Shown: positions 1 to 13,466, counted from the stretch's first letter. The stretch: DNA of 64,000 bases from Eledone cirrhosa (GCA_964016885.1 OZ024743.1:262198001-262262000); one strand, 5' to 3'. Notes: a model not told the origin generated them from the sequence alone. Numbers and translations: made by a program.

Positions 1-270
1 TAATAGTGAATCTCAACTCAATGAATAACTTTCTGAATACACACACATATGTACCACACAAATATCTATTTGTATAAAGCCGAATGTAAAAGTAAATCAC
101 AACTATTGATAAGCTTATAGATCTCTCTCTCTCTCTTACTCTCTCTGTTTGTATATATATATATGTATGTATGTATATGTATATATGTATATATATATAT
201 ATCTGTATGTATATATATATATATATATATGTATATGTATGTATATATATATATGTATGTATGTATGTAT

Positions 271-767
271 GTGACTTTGGACATCCTGCAGGACTAAAAA
301 CAAAACCTTACAAAGGGCAAAGGAGCTCTTAAGAGTCAATGGCCATCCAAAATCACCGGGAGAGATGACCCCTTAGCCTTTGTCAAGGCAGAATTCTAGG
401 AGAAGGAAAACTCTGATATAACACCTGCAACCCTGATGGTATCCAATGATGTTGACTTGTTCTTCTTTTTGGTAAATATCATCTTGGTTAAGAGAGAGGG
501 ACTGGCTTTGTGCAGTGCCTTTGCTCACTATAAAAGCTTCACGGCACAGGCATTGCTTTATATCTGGAGATCTCTCTGCACTTGTCGTCATATGGTACCA
601 TGGGCCCAGCACTATGTGTCAATAATTGTCACAAGTGTAATGTTTGTAGCAGAGTTTTCAAGTCGCTGGCTGGACTAAAAGTCACACTCGTTCAGCGCAT
701 TGGTAGGAGTTCTCCTACATGGATATAAAGTAGTGGCCGTACTCGAAAACGAGTTGGCAGCCACCAT
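271..767 (+). mobile_element. Bipartite RTE-derived non-autonomous retroelement, copy 1 (5'-truncated)
   Basis: Near-identical to four other copies. Contains the RTE-5'UTR-like motif TCTAGGAGAAGGAAAACTCTGA, a C2H2 remnant ([17 protein letters not shown], then frameshifted) and the tail TGGCCGTACTCGAAAACGAGTTGGCAGCCACCAT running into (TATG)n. Confidence 0.75.
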
Positions 768-911
768 GTATGTATGTATATGTATGTATGTATGTATATA
801 TATATGTATGTATGTATATTGTATGTATATATATGTATGTATGTATGTGTATGTATGTATGTATATATATGTATGTGTATATGTATATATATGTTTGTGT
901 GTATATATATG

Positions 912-1030
912 TGAAGGCGTGTGGCTGAGTGGTTAGAGAATTGGATTCGCAATCATAAGGTTGTGAGTTCGATTCCTGAACCAGGCGATGCGTTATGTCC
1001 TTGGGCAAGACACTTTATTTCACGTTGCTC
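912..1030 (+). mobile_element. tRNA-derived CORE-type SINE, 3'-truncated
   Basis: A-box TGGCTGAGTGG, B-box GAGTTCGATTCC, CORE-like GTCCTTGGGCAAGACACTTTATTTCAC. Confidence 0.8.
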
Positions 1031-1308
1031 CTTCTACCTGGAGTTGCGACCGATAGATAGTATTAGCAATTGGAAAGACCAACGGAAACATTGTTCCCTC
1101 GGTCCGATTTGACGAAAGTCGATCGACTCCTTTATATATATGTATGTATGTATATATATATGTATGTATGTGTGTATGTGTATATGTGTATGTATATATA
1201 TGTGTGTATATATATATATATATGTGTATGTGTGTATGTATATATATGTATGTGTGTATGTATATGTATGTGTGTATATATATGTGTGTATGTATATAGA
1301 TGTATGTG

Positions 1309-1339
<31 letters not shown>

Positions 1340-1344
1340 ATGTA

Positions 1345-1481
1345 TAACAAAGGAGTTGTGGTAAGGAACCAGATGGACCATAACGCACCAGAGTACTCAA
1401 TACTTAGGGTAGTAGAGTGGGAAATAAGAAAAAAGTATGACCCCGACGGAAGAGCTCAGGCCGATTCGACGGCTATTTCTA
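1345..1481 (-). repeat. Diverged partial copy of the hairpin-plus-tail repeat at 16616-16840
   Basis: Reverse complement aligns by eye to ~16700-16840 (right hairpin arm plus CTACCC...CTGGTGCGTTATGGTCCA..TGGTTCCTTACCACA). Confidence 0.7.
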
Positions 1482-1602
1482 TGTGTATGTATGTATGTAT
1501 GTATGTATGGATAGATATGTATGGATAGATATGTATGTATGTATATGTATATATATATAAATGAAAGGTATAGAAAATATTGTAGCATAAAGCCAACAGT
1601 AT

Positions 1603-1636
<34 letters not shown>

Positions 1637-1651
1637 TGTATGTATGTATGT

Positions 1652-2053
1652 ATGACCCCTTAGCCTTTGTCAAGGCAGAATTCTAGGAGAAGGAAAACTC
1701 TGATATAACACCTGCAACCCTGATGGTATCCAATGATGTTGACTTGTTCTTCTTTTTGGTAAATATCATCTTGGTTAAGAGAGTGGGACTGGCTTTGTGC
1801 AGTGCCTTTGCTCACTATAAAAGCTTCACGGCACAGGCATTGCTTTATATCTGGAGATCTCTCTGCACTTGTCGTTACATGGTACCATGGGCCCAGCACT
1901 ATGCGTCAATAATTGTCACAAGTGTAGTGTTTGTACCAGTTTTCAAGTCGCTGGCTGGACTAAAAAGTCACACTCGTTCAGCGCATCGGTAGGGATTCTC
2001 CTACATGGGTATAAAGTAGTGGCCGTACTCGAAAACGAGTTGGCAGCCACCAT
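1652..2053 (+). mobile_element. Bipartite RTE-derived non-autonomous retroelement, copy 2 (most truncated)
   Basis: Same sequence and 3' end as copy 1, starting at ATGACCCCTTAGCC. Microsatellite on both sides. Confidence 0.75.
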
Positions 2054-2070
2054 ATATGTATGTATATATG

Positions 2071-5000
2071 TTATCTCTTTCTCTTAATTTCGAGTATATT
2101 TTTTTTGACCGGCCACCTTCATGGTGGCAAGGTTGTAAAAGAAAAGAAATTGTCATCCCTTGAATTGCAAGAATGTTTTGCAAATTTTGAAGGTGCTAGC
2201 TATTGCAGCCATTTGTAGACTATGAATTAGGGAGCTGCGCTTTTTGTCCGCAAATCCAAGTTCAGTCATACTTTGGTCCAAGCGGGTTGGTATATAACCC
2301 GTAGCTCCAATAATGATGGGTATGAAGCTAAAGGTGTATCTTGGATACTGGATTTGTAAACTCCTCATCAATGGTCCGTAGATGTCCTCCTTCTGTATTT
2401 TTCTGACAACGTTTACCTCAAGTGGGCAGCTGATCTCCACAACAGAACACGTTTTCAATGTGTGGTCCCAAACAACAATATCAGGCCGGTCGTGCTTTAA
2501 TTTGGTGGCAGTTTTTATTTTCAGGTTCCACCAGTATTCCTTAGTGTCATCTGTCTCAATATATTCTTCCTCGTTTGTTGTTAATTTTGTTTTCCGAAGT
2601 GCGTTCCAGATGGTTCTAGCTATCCCATCGTGTCTCATGGGGAGGTAGTAGAGAGATGACATTCTTTCGCAGCTGGCAACAATGTGGCTTACATCCTCGA
2701 TCTTTGTTTTACATAGCCTACATTTATTGTCAGCTGCTGGCCCTCCTCTTTTGTGCAGCAGATATTTGGTAGGGAGTTCTTGTTCCTGTATTGCATAGAG
2801 ATATCCCTCAAGGTGTGATGTCATAAACTTGGAACTCCATGCCAGGCTTTTTGAGTGGTTTATCCCCTCTATGGTCTGTGTTTTACACCTCAAGTATCCA
2901 TGCACAACTCTTTCTGTAAATTGGTCAATTTTTTTATCTTGTTTGAACATTGAATAGGATCTTCCGATTTCTCTGGGTGAGAGATTTATCATCATCATCA
3001 TCATCACCGTTTTACGTCCGTTATTCCACGCTAGCATGGGTTAGACGGGTTGTCCTGTTGTGGGCAGTGTCTGGTCGGCTGACCATGCCTTGCTCATACA
3101 GGAACTAATTTGGCTTGATTTCTACAGCTGGATGCCCTTCCTAACACCAACCTCATTTACAGTGAGTGCTGGGTGCTTTATCGTGGCGCCTACACGTCCA
3201 CTTTACAGTGTGGGCTGGGTGCTTTTTTGCCGTGGCACCTCCACGACCACCTTGCGGTGGGGGGTGTGGGGGCATGTTGTCTATATGCTTCAGCTTGTAC
3301 TCATGGGAGGTCGGGTACTCTGTATTACTGCGTGACGCCAGAGGTCACGGTCGAGTGTCATTGCCTTTGAGAGGTGTAATTGGGTAAGGTCAGCTTTTAT
3401 CACCTCATCCCAGATCATCTTGGGTCTCCCCCACTCCGCGGTTTCCATCGACTTCTAGTACTCTGCACCTTTTTATGCAGCTGTCATCCTTCATACGCAT
3501 CACATGTCCATACCAATGCAACCACCTCTCCTGCACACAGCATTTGATTCCTCTTAGGCTCAGTCTCTCTCTCAATTCATTTATGCTTTGTCGTTCACGT
3601 ATATTACTGTTACACATCCATCGGAGCATGCAGGCTTCGTTTCTCTCTAATCTACGTAAGTCTTCCACCTTCAGCGCCCAGGTCTCACTACCATGCAACA
3701 TCGCTGTTCGGATACACGCATCATACAGTCTGCCTTTCATTCTGAGGGAGAAGCCTTTTGCAGCTAGCAGTGGTAGTAGTTCCCTAAACTTCTTCCATCC
3801 CGTTCTTTCCCTAGTTATTGTACTTTCTGAACACCCACCTCCGCTGCTAATTCGGTCACTTAGGTAGCAGAAGCTGTCTACTGTTTCTACAGAGCCCTTT
3901 ATATCAGGCTTTATTCTATATCTCTCCTCCAGATCAGTCTCTAATCTAATTATATATTTTTTTTCATGCTCATAAACCTGGGCAAGATGGTTGCCAACCT
4001 TTTTCCTCTGTTGAAGGTGTTGCTTCAGTGTTACTATCCGGGTCTCATATGTTGTTAATATTGATTTTAGACCCCGGCCACCTTCCTTGCGTGAGAAGTA
4101 TAGCCTATCCACATCACCATTGATGTTAAAGTTCCCAGTAACACTGAGAAGTTTTCGAGTTCTAACATCCATCTCACTTAGTTCTTGCAATGACCAGTTC
4201 AGCAGGCCAAATGTTGGCGTTAGAATTGGCACAGCATAAGTATTGTGGGCAATGTATTTGTTGTACGCTGACAGTTCTGGTGACCATATTTTCTTTACTT
4301 TTCTGAGGTATTCAGTTCTGGTTCTCTCCTTATTTATGGGTCCATCATATCTGACATTCTCATCCTGTCCAAGATATCTGTAGTTGTCACCTGACTGTAG
4401 AGGTTGTATTGTCAGGCCGTTCATCTCTAAATTTCTAGAGGAGAGCACAGCTCTTCCACGTTTTACTGCCAAATATGTACACTTGGACTCACCATATTTC
4501 ATTTTGATGTCGGTTGAAAATTGTGTAATGAGGTCCAATTGTTTCTTGATGTCATTGATATTTGGCCCATACAACTTCAGGTCATCAACAAAGAAAAGAT
4601 GGGAGATACTTCTGAGCCCACTTCTTTGTCCACCTTGTTTCCTGAGTAGGTAAGATAGTGGATTCAGTGAGAGAATGAAGAGTAGCACTGACAAGCTATC
4701 ACCCTGAAAGATGCCCTTCTGGTAATGTATCTTATCAGTCTTAACTTGCTCCTTCTCACCTCTAAGGATCAAATTGGTGTACCAGTTCTTGGTCAGACGT
4801 TCAACAGCAGCTACCAATGGTTGTGGGACTTTGGCTAACTGTAAAGCCTTAATAATCCACCCATGAGGTACACTATCAAATGCTTTTTGATAGTTCAGCC
4901 ACACCACAGTCATGTTTCTGCGATTCTTTGTTGTTTTTTCCTGAATCATTTTGTTAGTTAGTAGGTGATCTATGCAACCCCACACCTCCCTCTTTCCACC

Positions 5001-5220
5001 AGCTTGCTCAGGTGTTATGATGTTGTTGGTAGCACAGTGATCCTGTAAGAACAGGTTAAGGCACCCAGTATATCATTTATACATGATGTTCTGGCAGGCT
5101 ATTGGGCGGTAATTTTTAGCAAGGGTGGTTTGGCTATTTTTCGGAATAAGGAGAGTAGTGGGAGTTGATAACCATCTGGGCAGTTCTTGTGTTCCTTTAA
5201 TGGTTTCAGTAAACAGCCGT
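2071..5220 (-). mobile_element. R4/Dong-like non-LTR retrotransposon (RT + CCHC + restriction-like endonuclease), 5'-truncated, interrupted by an RTE at 2990-3897
   Basis: RT motifs NYRPIACQN, YQKAFDSVPH, GIFQGDSLS, HLFFVDDLKLY (3903-5220). C-terminal CRLC..HIVASC, RHD, RPDIVV..VVEISCP, PIIIGATG (2153-2989). One in-frame stop (YK*YT) near 5075. Confidence 0.8.
2990..3897 (-). mobile_element. RTE-clade LINE subfamily A, 5'-truncated, inserted in the R4-like element
   Basis: RT C-terminus (DSFCYL, HGSETW, WYGHVMR), 3' UTR and (GAT)n tail. 5-bp TSD TTTAT at 2985-2989 and 3898-3902. Confidence 0.9.
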
Positions 5221-5497
5221 ATGTATATATGTATGTATGTATGTATAACAACAGTAAATGGCCTTTAATGCGACGAAATGCCTAACACGGTTGGAAGGCC
5301 ACTGATGAGGACAAACTTTTTCATATGTAACCCATTTGCAGCGCCGCAGCTCCATTATTATCATATATATATATATATATGTATGTATATGTATGTATGT
5401 ATGTATGTATGTATATGTATGTATGTATGTATGTATATGTATGTATGTATATATATGTATGTATTTGTATGTATATATGTATGTATATGTATGTATG

Positions 5498-5530
<33 letters not shown>

Positions 5531-5555
5531 GTATGTATATGTATGTATGTATATG

Positions 5556-5636
<81 letters not shown>

Positions 5637-5637
5637 G

Positions 5638-5686
<49 letters not shown>

Positions 5687-5756
5687 GTATGTATGTATGT
5701 ATATATATGTATGTATGTATATATATGTATGTATTTGTATGTATATATGTATATAT

Positions 5757-6311
5757 ATGGTTGGGTCGTTGGCGACTAAACTGGCAACCCCACCAAGGTT
5801 TCTTGGTGAGGAGGGTGACTTTGGACATCCTGCAGGACTAAAAACAAAACCTGTCAAAGGGCAAAGGAGCTCTTAAGAGTCAATGGCCATCCAAATTCAC
5901 CGGGAGAGATGACCCCTTAGCCTTTGTCAAGGCAGAATTCTAGGAGAAGGAAAACTCTGATATAACACCTGCAACCCTGATGGTATCCAATGATGTTGAC
6001 TTGTTCTTCTTTTTGGTAAATATCATCTTGGTTAAGAGAGTGGGACTGGCTTTGTGCAGTGCTTTTGCTCACTATAAAAGCTTCACGGCACAGGCATTGC
6101 TTTATATCTGGAGAGCTCTCTGCACTTGTCGTCATATGGTACCATGGGCCCAGCACTGTGTGTCAATAATTGTCACAAGTGTAGTGTTTGTAGCAGAGTT
6201 TTCAAGTTGCTGGCTGGACTAAAAGTCACACTCGTTCAGCGCATTGGTAGGAGTTCTCCTACATGGATATAAAGTAGTGGCCGTACTCGAAAACGAGTTA
6301 GCAGCCACCAT
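5757..6311 (+). mobile_element. Bipartite RTE-derived non-autonomous retroelement, copy 3
   Basis: Same family with a longer 5' end (GGGTCGTTGGCGACTAAACTGG). Flanked by microsatellite. Confidence 0.75.
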
Positions 6312-7317
6312 GTATATATATATGTATGTATGTATGTATATATGTATGTATGTATGTATATATATATGTATATATATATGTATGTATGTATATATATATA
6401 TATATGTATGTATGTATGTATGTATATGTATGTATGTATGTGTATGTATGTATGTGTATGTATGTATATGTATGTATGTATATGTATGTATATGTATATA
6501 TATGTATGTATGTATGTATATATGTGTATGTATATATATGTATGTATATATATGTATATGTATATATATGTATATATATATATGTATATATGTATATATA
6601 TATATGTATATATATATATATGTATGTATGTATATATATATGTATGTATGTATATATATATATGTATGTATGTATATGTATGTATGTATATATATATATA
6701 TGTATGTATATATATATATGTATGTATATATATATATGTATGTATATATATATATGTATGTATATATATATATGTATGTATATATATATATGTATGTATG
6801 TATATATATGTATGTATGTATATATATGTATATATATATATGTATGTATGTATATATATGTATATATATATATGTATGTATGTATATATATGTATATATA
6901 TATATGTATGTATGTATATATATGTATATATATATATGTATATATATATATGTATGTATGTATATATATGTATATATATATATGTATGTATGTATATATA
7001 TGTATATATATGTATATATATATATATGTATGTATGTATATATATGTATGTATGTATATATATGTATATATATATATGTATGTATGTATATATATGTATA
7101 TATATATATATATGTATGTATATATATGTATATATATATATATATATATGTATGTATATATATGTATATATGTATATATATATATATATGTATATATATG
7201 TATATATGTATATATATGTATATATGTATATATATGTATATATATGTATATATATATATGTATATATATATATGTATATATATATATGTATGTATATATA
7301 TGTATATATATATATGT

Positions 7318-7357
<40 letters not shown>

Positions 7358-7359
7358 GT

Positions 7360-7399
<40 letters not shown>

Positions 7400-7401
7400 G
7401 T

Positions 7402-7484
<83 letters not shown>

Positions 7485-7592
7485 TATATGTATGTATATA
7501 TATGTATATATATATATATATATGTATGTATATATATGTATATATATGTATGTATGTATATGTATGTATATATATATATATGTATATATATG

Positions 7593-7623
<31 letters not shown>

Positions 7624-7730
7624 GTATGTATATGTATGTGTATGTATGTATGTATATGTATGTATATATATGTATGTATGGATATATATGTATGTATGTA
7701 TGTATGTGTATGTATGTATGTATGTATGTG

Positions 7731-7766
<36 letters not shown>

Positions 7767-8137
7767 TGTATGTATATATGTGTATGTATATATATATATG
7801 TATGTATGTTTATATATATGTATGTTTATATATATGTATATATATACATACATACATATATATATGTATGTATGTGTATATATATGTATGTATGTGTATA
7901 TATATGTATGTATGTATATATATATGTATGTATGTATATATATATGTATGTATGTATATATATATATATGTATGTATGTATATATATATGTATGTATGTA
8001 TGTATATATGTAAGTATATATATAAGTATATATATAAGTATATATATATGTATGTATGTATGTATATATATATGTATGTATATATATATATATGTATGTA
8101 TATATATGTAAGTATATATGTATATATATATATATAT

Positions 8138-8212
8138 GTCGCCAACGACCCGACCATGAGACAGGTTGTACTGGGATACATGTTACCAGTAGCACCAGCT
8201 GGTGACGTATAT
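8138..8212 (-). mobile_element. Inverted fragment of the extreme 5' end of the bipartite element
   Basis: Reverse complement matches ~12575-12644 (CCAG.TGGTGCTACTGGTAACATGTATCCCAGTACAACCTGTCT.ATGGTCGGGTCGTTGGCGAC). Confidence 0.8.
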
Positions 8213-8283
8213 ATAGGTATATATATGTATATATAGGTATATATATGTATATATATATATAGGTATATATATATATATATATG

Positions 8284-8326
<43 letters not shown>

Positions 8327-8449
8327 AAGTTTCCGTTGAAAATTGAAAAAGTCATAGGAGTGAAGAGTGCTCTATGTAAGTACCAGAGCTAAATTTAATG
8401 TATAATAAACAATACAATACTACTACCTCACCGCCAGAGGCCTCCCGAA

Positions 8450-8968
8450 CAAGGTTTCTTGGTGAGGAGGGTGATTTTGGACATCCTGCAGGACTAAAAA
8501 CAAAACCTGTCAAAGGGCAAAGGAGCTCTTAAGAGTCAATGGCCATCCAAAATCACCGGGAGAGATGACCCCTTAGCCTTTGTCAAGGCAGAATTCTAGG
8601 AGAAGGAAAACTCTGATATAACACCTGCAACCCTGATGGTATCCAATGATGTTGACTTGTTCTTCTTTTTGGTAAATATCATCTTGGTTAAGAGAGAGGG
8701 ACTGGCTTTGTGCAGCGCCTTTGCTCACTATAAAAGCTTCACGGCACAGGCATTGCTTTATATCTGGAGATCTCTCTGCACTTGTCGTCATATGGTACCA
8801 TGGGCCCAGCACTGTGTGTCAATAATTGTCACAAGTGTAGTGTTTGTACCAGAGTTTTCAAGTCGCTGGCTGGACTAAGAAGTCACACTCGTTCAGCGCT
8901 TCGGTAGGGGTTCTCCTACATGGATATAAAGTAGTGGCCGTACTCGAAAACGAGTTGGCAGCCACCAT
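8450..8968 (+). mobile_element. Bipartite RTE-derived non-autonomous retroelement, copy 4
   Basis: Same family. The zinc-finger remnant reads [25 protein letters not shown]. Confidence 0.75.
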
Positions 8969-9175
8969 GTATGTATATATATATATGTATGTATATATAT
9001 ATATGTATGTATATATATATATATATGTATGTATATATATATATATGTATGTATATATATATATATGTATGTATGTATATATATATATATATGTGTATAT
9101 ATATATATATGTATGTATATATATATATATATGTGTATATATATATATATATGTGTATGTATATATATATATGTG

Positions 9176-9230
<55 letters not shown>

Positions 9231-9237
9231 ATGTATG

Positions 9238-9269
<32 letters not shown>

Positions 9270-9344
9270 TGTGTATGTATATATATATATGTGTATGTAT
9301 ATATATATATGTGTATGTATGTATATATATATATATATATGTGT

Positions 9345-9375
<31 letters not shown>

Positions 9376-9395
9376 TATATATATATATATATGTG

Positions 9396-9430
<35 letters not shown>

Positions 9431-9475
9431 ATGTATATATATATATATATGTGTATGTATATATATATATATGTG

Positions 9476-9512
<37 letters not shown>

Positions 9513-9525
9513 ATATATATATGTG

Positions 9526-9556
<31 letters not shown>

Positions 9557-9594
9557 GTGTATATATATGTGTATGTATATATATGTGTATGTAT

Positions 9595-11099
9595 ATCATC
9601 ATCAACGTTTAACGTACGTGTTCCATGCTTGCATGGGTTTGGATGGGGGTTTTCCCACTTGAGGCAAGAGTGATTGTCTTGCTTGCATAGGACTGTCTGG
9701 CGGATTTTCTACGGCTGGATGCCCTTCCTAACACCAACCACATTTACAGTGTGGGGCTGGGAGGATTTTACAGTGTTGCCTACATGGCCACATTACAGCG
9801 TGGACTATCTGGCGGTTTTCTACAGCTGGATGCCCTTCCTAACACCAACCACATTTACAGTGTGGGCCTGGGAGGTTTTTACCGTGTTGCCTACACGGCC
9901 ACATTACAGCGTGGATTGTGTGTTTTTTTGTCGTGATACCTACACGATCTCATTTGTTTCCGCCTGGCTGTTGTGGCACCAACATAACTTTACATAGAAG
10001 GGGGGCGGTGTGGATGGGGTGGGGGTGGTGGGACGGGGGTGTATTTTGTTAGAGATGCCTACTGACTGTAGTAGGTTTTACTTTGTATTTAGGTAAGGCG
10101 GGTCTTCTCTATTACTGAGTACCGCCAAAGGTCTCGGTCCAGTGACATTGTCTTGGAGAGGTGTAAGCGTGTGAGGTCGGAATTTATCAGCTCGTCCCAT
10201 GTTTTTCTGGGTCTGCCTACTCCGTGGCTACCGTCTATCTTTATTGCCCTGCACTTTGTTATACAGCTGTCGTCTTTCATGCGCATCACGTGACTATACC
10301 AACGTAGCCTTCTCTCAAGTAAACAACATGTGATCCCTCTTATTTCTAATTTTTTTGTTAGTTCGTTTATGCTTAGCCGTTCACGTATATTACTATTACA
10401 CATCCAGCGGAGCATGCAAGCTTCGTTCCTCTCTAGTTTGCGTATATCCTCTGCACACAATGCCCAGGTCTCACTGCCATGCAGCATTGCTGTTCGTATG
10501 CAGGCATCATATAACCTGCCTTTCATTTTTAGGGAGAACCCTTTAGCGGCTAATAGTGGTATAAGCTCTCTGAACTTTTTCCATCCAGTTCTGACTCTAG
10601 CTACTGTACTTTCAGAGCACCCTCCCCCACTGCTGATTTTGTCACCCAGGTAACGGAAGCTGTCCACTATTTCTATAGAACCCTCTGCGCAATTGAAAGA
10701 GCTAGTATTTTATTGGGCACTTGCTGCTACTTATTGCACCAGAGCACCGGCCACATGTAAGATCTATGTTCTTAGTTAGCTTACCTGTGATCCCACTACA
10801 TCTTTTATGCACCCATACTTTGCATTTGGGACATAAAATGGAGTTTCTACCTATGCCTTTCCTACACTCTGAACATGGCCATTTCCCGGAAGGGACCGCC
10901 GCCCTATTTTCTTTCCTACGAACTAGAACTTTAGTCTTAGCCAGGTTAATTTTAAGGCCTTTTGATTCTAGGCCGTGCTTCCACGTTTGGAATTTCTTCT
11001 CTAGTTCGGTCATTGATTCAGCTATGAGCGTTAGATCATCTGCGTATAGGAGTTCCCATGGGCAGCCGGTCTTGAACTCCTCTGTTATAGCCTGAAGGG
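9595..11099 (-). mobile_element. RTE-clade LINE subfamily B, 5'-truncated, frameshifted
   Basis: ELLYADD, Cys-rich insert, DSFRYLG, HGSETW. The 3' UTR has an internal ~110-bp duplication and a (GAT)n tail. Confidence 0.9.
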
Positions 11100-12023
11100 T
11101 GTGTATGTATGTATATATATATATATATGTGTATGTATGTATATATATATATATATGTGTATGTATGTATATATATATATATATATATGTGTATGTATGT
11201 ATATATATATATATATGTGTATGTATGTATATATATATATATATGTGTATGTATGTATATATATATATATATATGTGTATGTATGTATATATATATATAT
11301 ATGTGTATGTATGTATATATATATATATATATGTGTATGTATGTATATATATATATATATATGTGTATGTATGTATATATATATATATATGTGTATGTAT
11401 GTATATATATATATATATGTGTATGTATGTATATATATATATATATGTGTATGTATGTATATATATATATATATGTGTATGTATGTATATATATATATAT
11501 GTGTATGTATATATATATATATATGTGTATGTATATATATATATATATGTGTGTATGTATGTATATATATATATATGTGTATGTATGTATATATATATAT
11601 ATGTGTATGTATGTATATATATATATGTGTATGTATGTATATATATATATATGTGTATGTATGTGTATATATATATATATGTGTATGTATGTATATATAT
11701 ATATATGTGTATGTATGTGTATATATATATATATGTGTATGTATGTGTATATATATATATATATGTGTATGTATGTATATATATATATATGTGTATGTAT
11801 ATATATATATGTGTATGTATGTATATATATATGTGTATGTATGTATGTATATATATATGTGTATGTATGTATGTATATATATATATGTGTATGTATGTAT
11901 ATATATATATGTGTATGTATGTATATATATATATATATGTGTATGTATGTATATATATATATATGTGTATGTATGTATATATATATATATATGTATGTAT
12001 GTATATATATATATATATGTATG

Positions 12024-12054
<31 letters not shown>

Positions 12055-12565
12055 ATATATATATATGTGTATGTATGTATATATATATATATGTGTGTAT
12101 GTATGTATATATATATATATGTGTATGTATGTATATATATATGTGTATGTATGTATATATATATGTGTATGTATGTATATATATATGTGTATGTATGTAT
12201 ATATATATATATGTGTATGTATGTATATATATATGTGTATGTATGTATATATATATGTGTATGTATGTATGTATATATATATATATGTGTATGTATGTAT
12301 ATATATGTGTGTATGTATGTATATATATGTGTGTATGTATGTATATATATATGTGTATGTATGTATATATATATGTGTATGTATGTATATATATATGTGT
12401 ATGTATGTATATATATATGTGTATGTATGTATATATATATGTGTATGTATGTATATATATATGTGTATGTATGTGTATATATATGTGTATATATGTGTAT
12501 GTATATATATATGTGTATATATGTGTATGTATATATATATGTGCATGTATGTATGTATGTATATA

Positions 12566-13181
12566 TGGGATACATGTTACCAGTTGGTGCTACTGGTAAC
12601 ATGTATCCCAGTACAACCTGTCTAATGGTCGGGTCGTTGGCGACTAAACTGGCAACCCCACCAAGGCTTCTTGGTGAGGAGGGTGACTTTGGACATCCTG
12701 CAGGACTAAAAACCAAAACCTGTCAAAGGGCAAAGGCGCTCTTAAGAGTCAATGGCCATCCAAAATCACCGGGAGAGATGACCCCTTAGCCTTTGTCAAG
12801 GCAGAATTCTAGGAGAAGGAAAACTCTGATATAACACCTGCAACTCTGATGGTATCCAATGATGTTGACTTGTTCTTCTTTTTGGTAAATATCATCTTGG
12901 TTAAGAGAGTGGGACTGGCTTTGTGCAGCGCCTTTGCTCACTATAAAAGCTTCATGGCACAGGCATTGCTTTATATCTGGAGATCTCTCTGCACTTGTCG
13001 TTACATGGTACCATGGGCCCAGCACTATGCGTCAATAATTGTCACAAGTGTAGTGTTTGTACCAGAGTTTTCAAGTCGCTGGCTGGACTAAAAAGTCACA
13101 CTCGTTCAGCGCATCGGTAGGGATTCTCCTACATGGATATAAAATAGTGGCCATACTCGAAAACAAGTTGGCAGCCACCAT
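12566..13181 (+). mobile_element. Bipartite RTE-derived non-autonomous retroelement, copy 5 (longest, begins with a 19-bp hairpin)
   Basis: Same family. 3' part encodes [25 protein letters not shown]. 12566-12610 is a perfect 19-bp stem with a 7-nt loop. Confidence 0.78.
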
Positions 13182-13222
13182 ATATGTGTAGGTATGTATG
13201 TATGTATATATATATATATATA

Positions 13223-13253
<31 letters not shown>

Positions 13254-13466
13254 GTGTATGTATGTATATATATATATGTGTATATATATATATATAAATG
13301 TGTATGTATGTATGTATATATATATATGTGTATATATATATAAATGTGTATGTATGTATGTATATATATATATGTGTATATATATATATATGTGTATGTA
13401 TGCATGTATATATATATGTATGTATGTATATATACATGTATGTATGTATGTATATATATATATATG

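Noticed and set aside
373-678. Repeated 79-80 aa ORFs (MLGPWYH..., MVSNDVDL...) found five times
   Set aside because: They recur only because the repeat copies are near-identical. No recognisable domain, and they overlap on opposite strands.
912-985. tRNA genes at SINE heads
   Set aside because: A and B boxes are present, but they continue into SINE core domains and I could not fold a convincing cloverleaf.
5262-5320. GAAA...CTGATGAG as a type II hammerhead
   Set aside because: No stem I or UH triplet can be formed, and stem II has no partner.
271-13181. CRISPR-like repeat-spacer reading of the five-copy array
   Set aside because: Units are 400-600 bp with ragged 5' ends, the spacers are microsatellites, there are no cas genes, and the context is eukaryotic.
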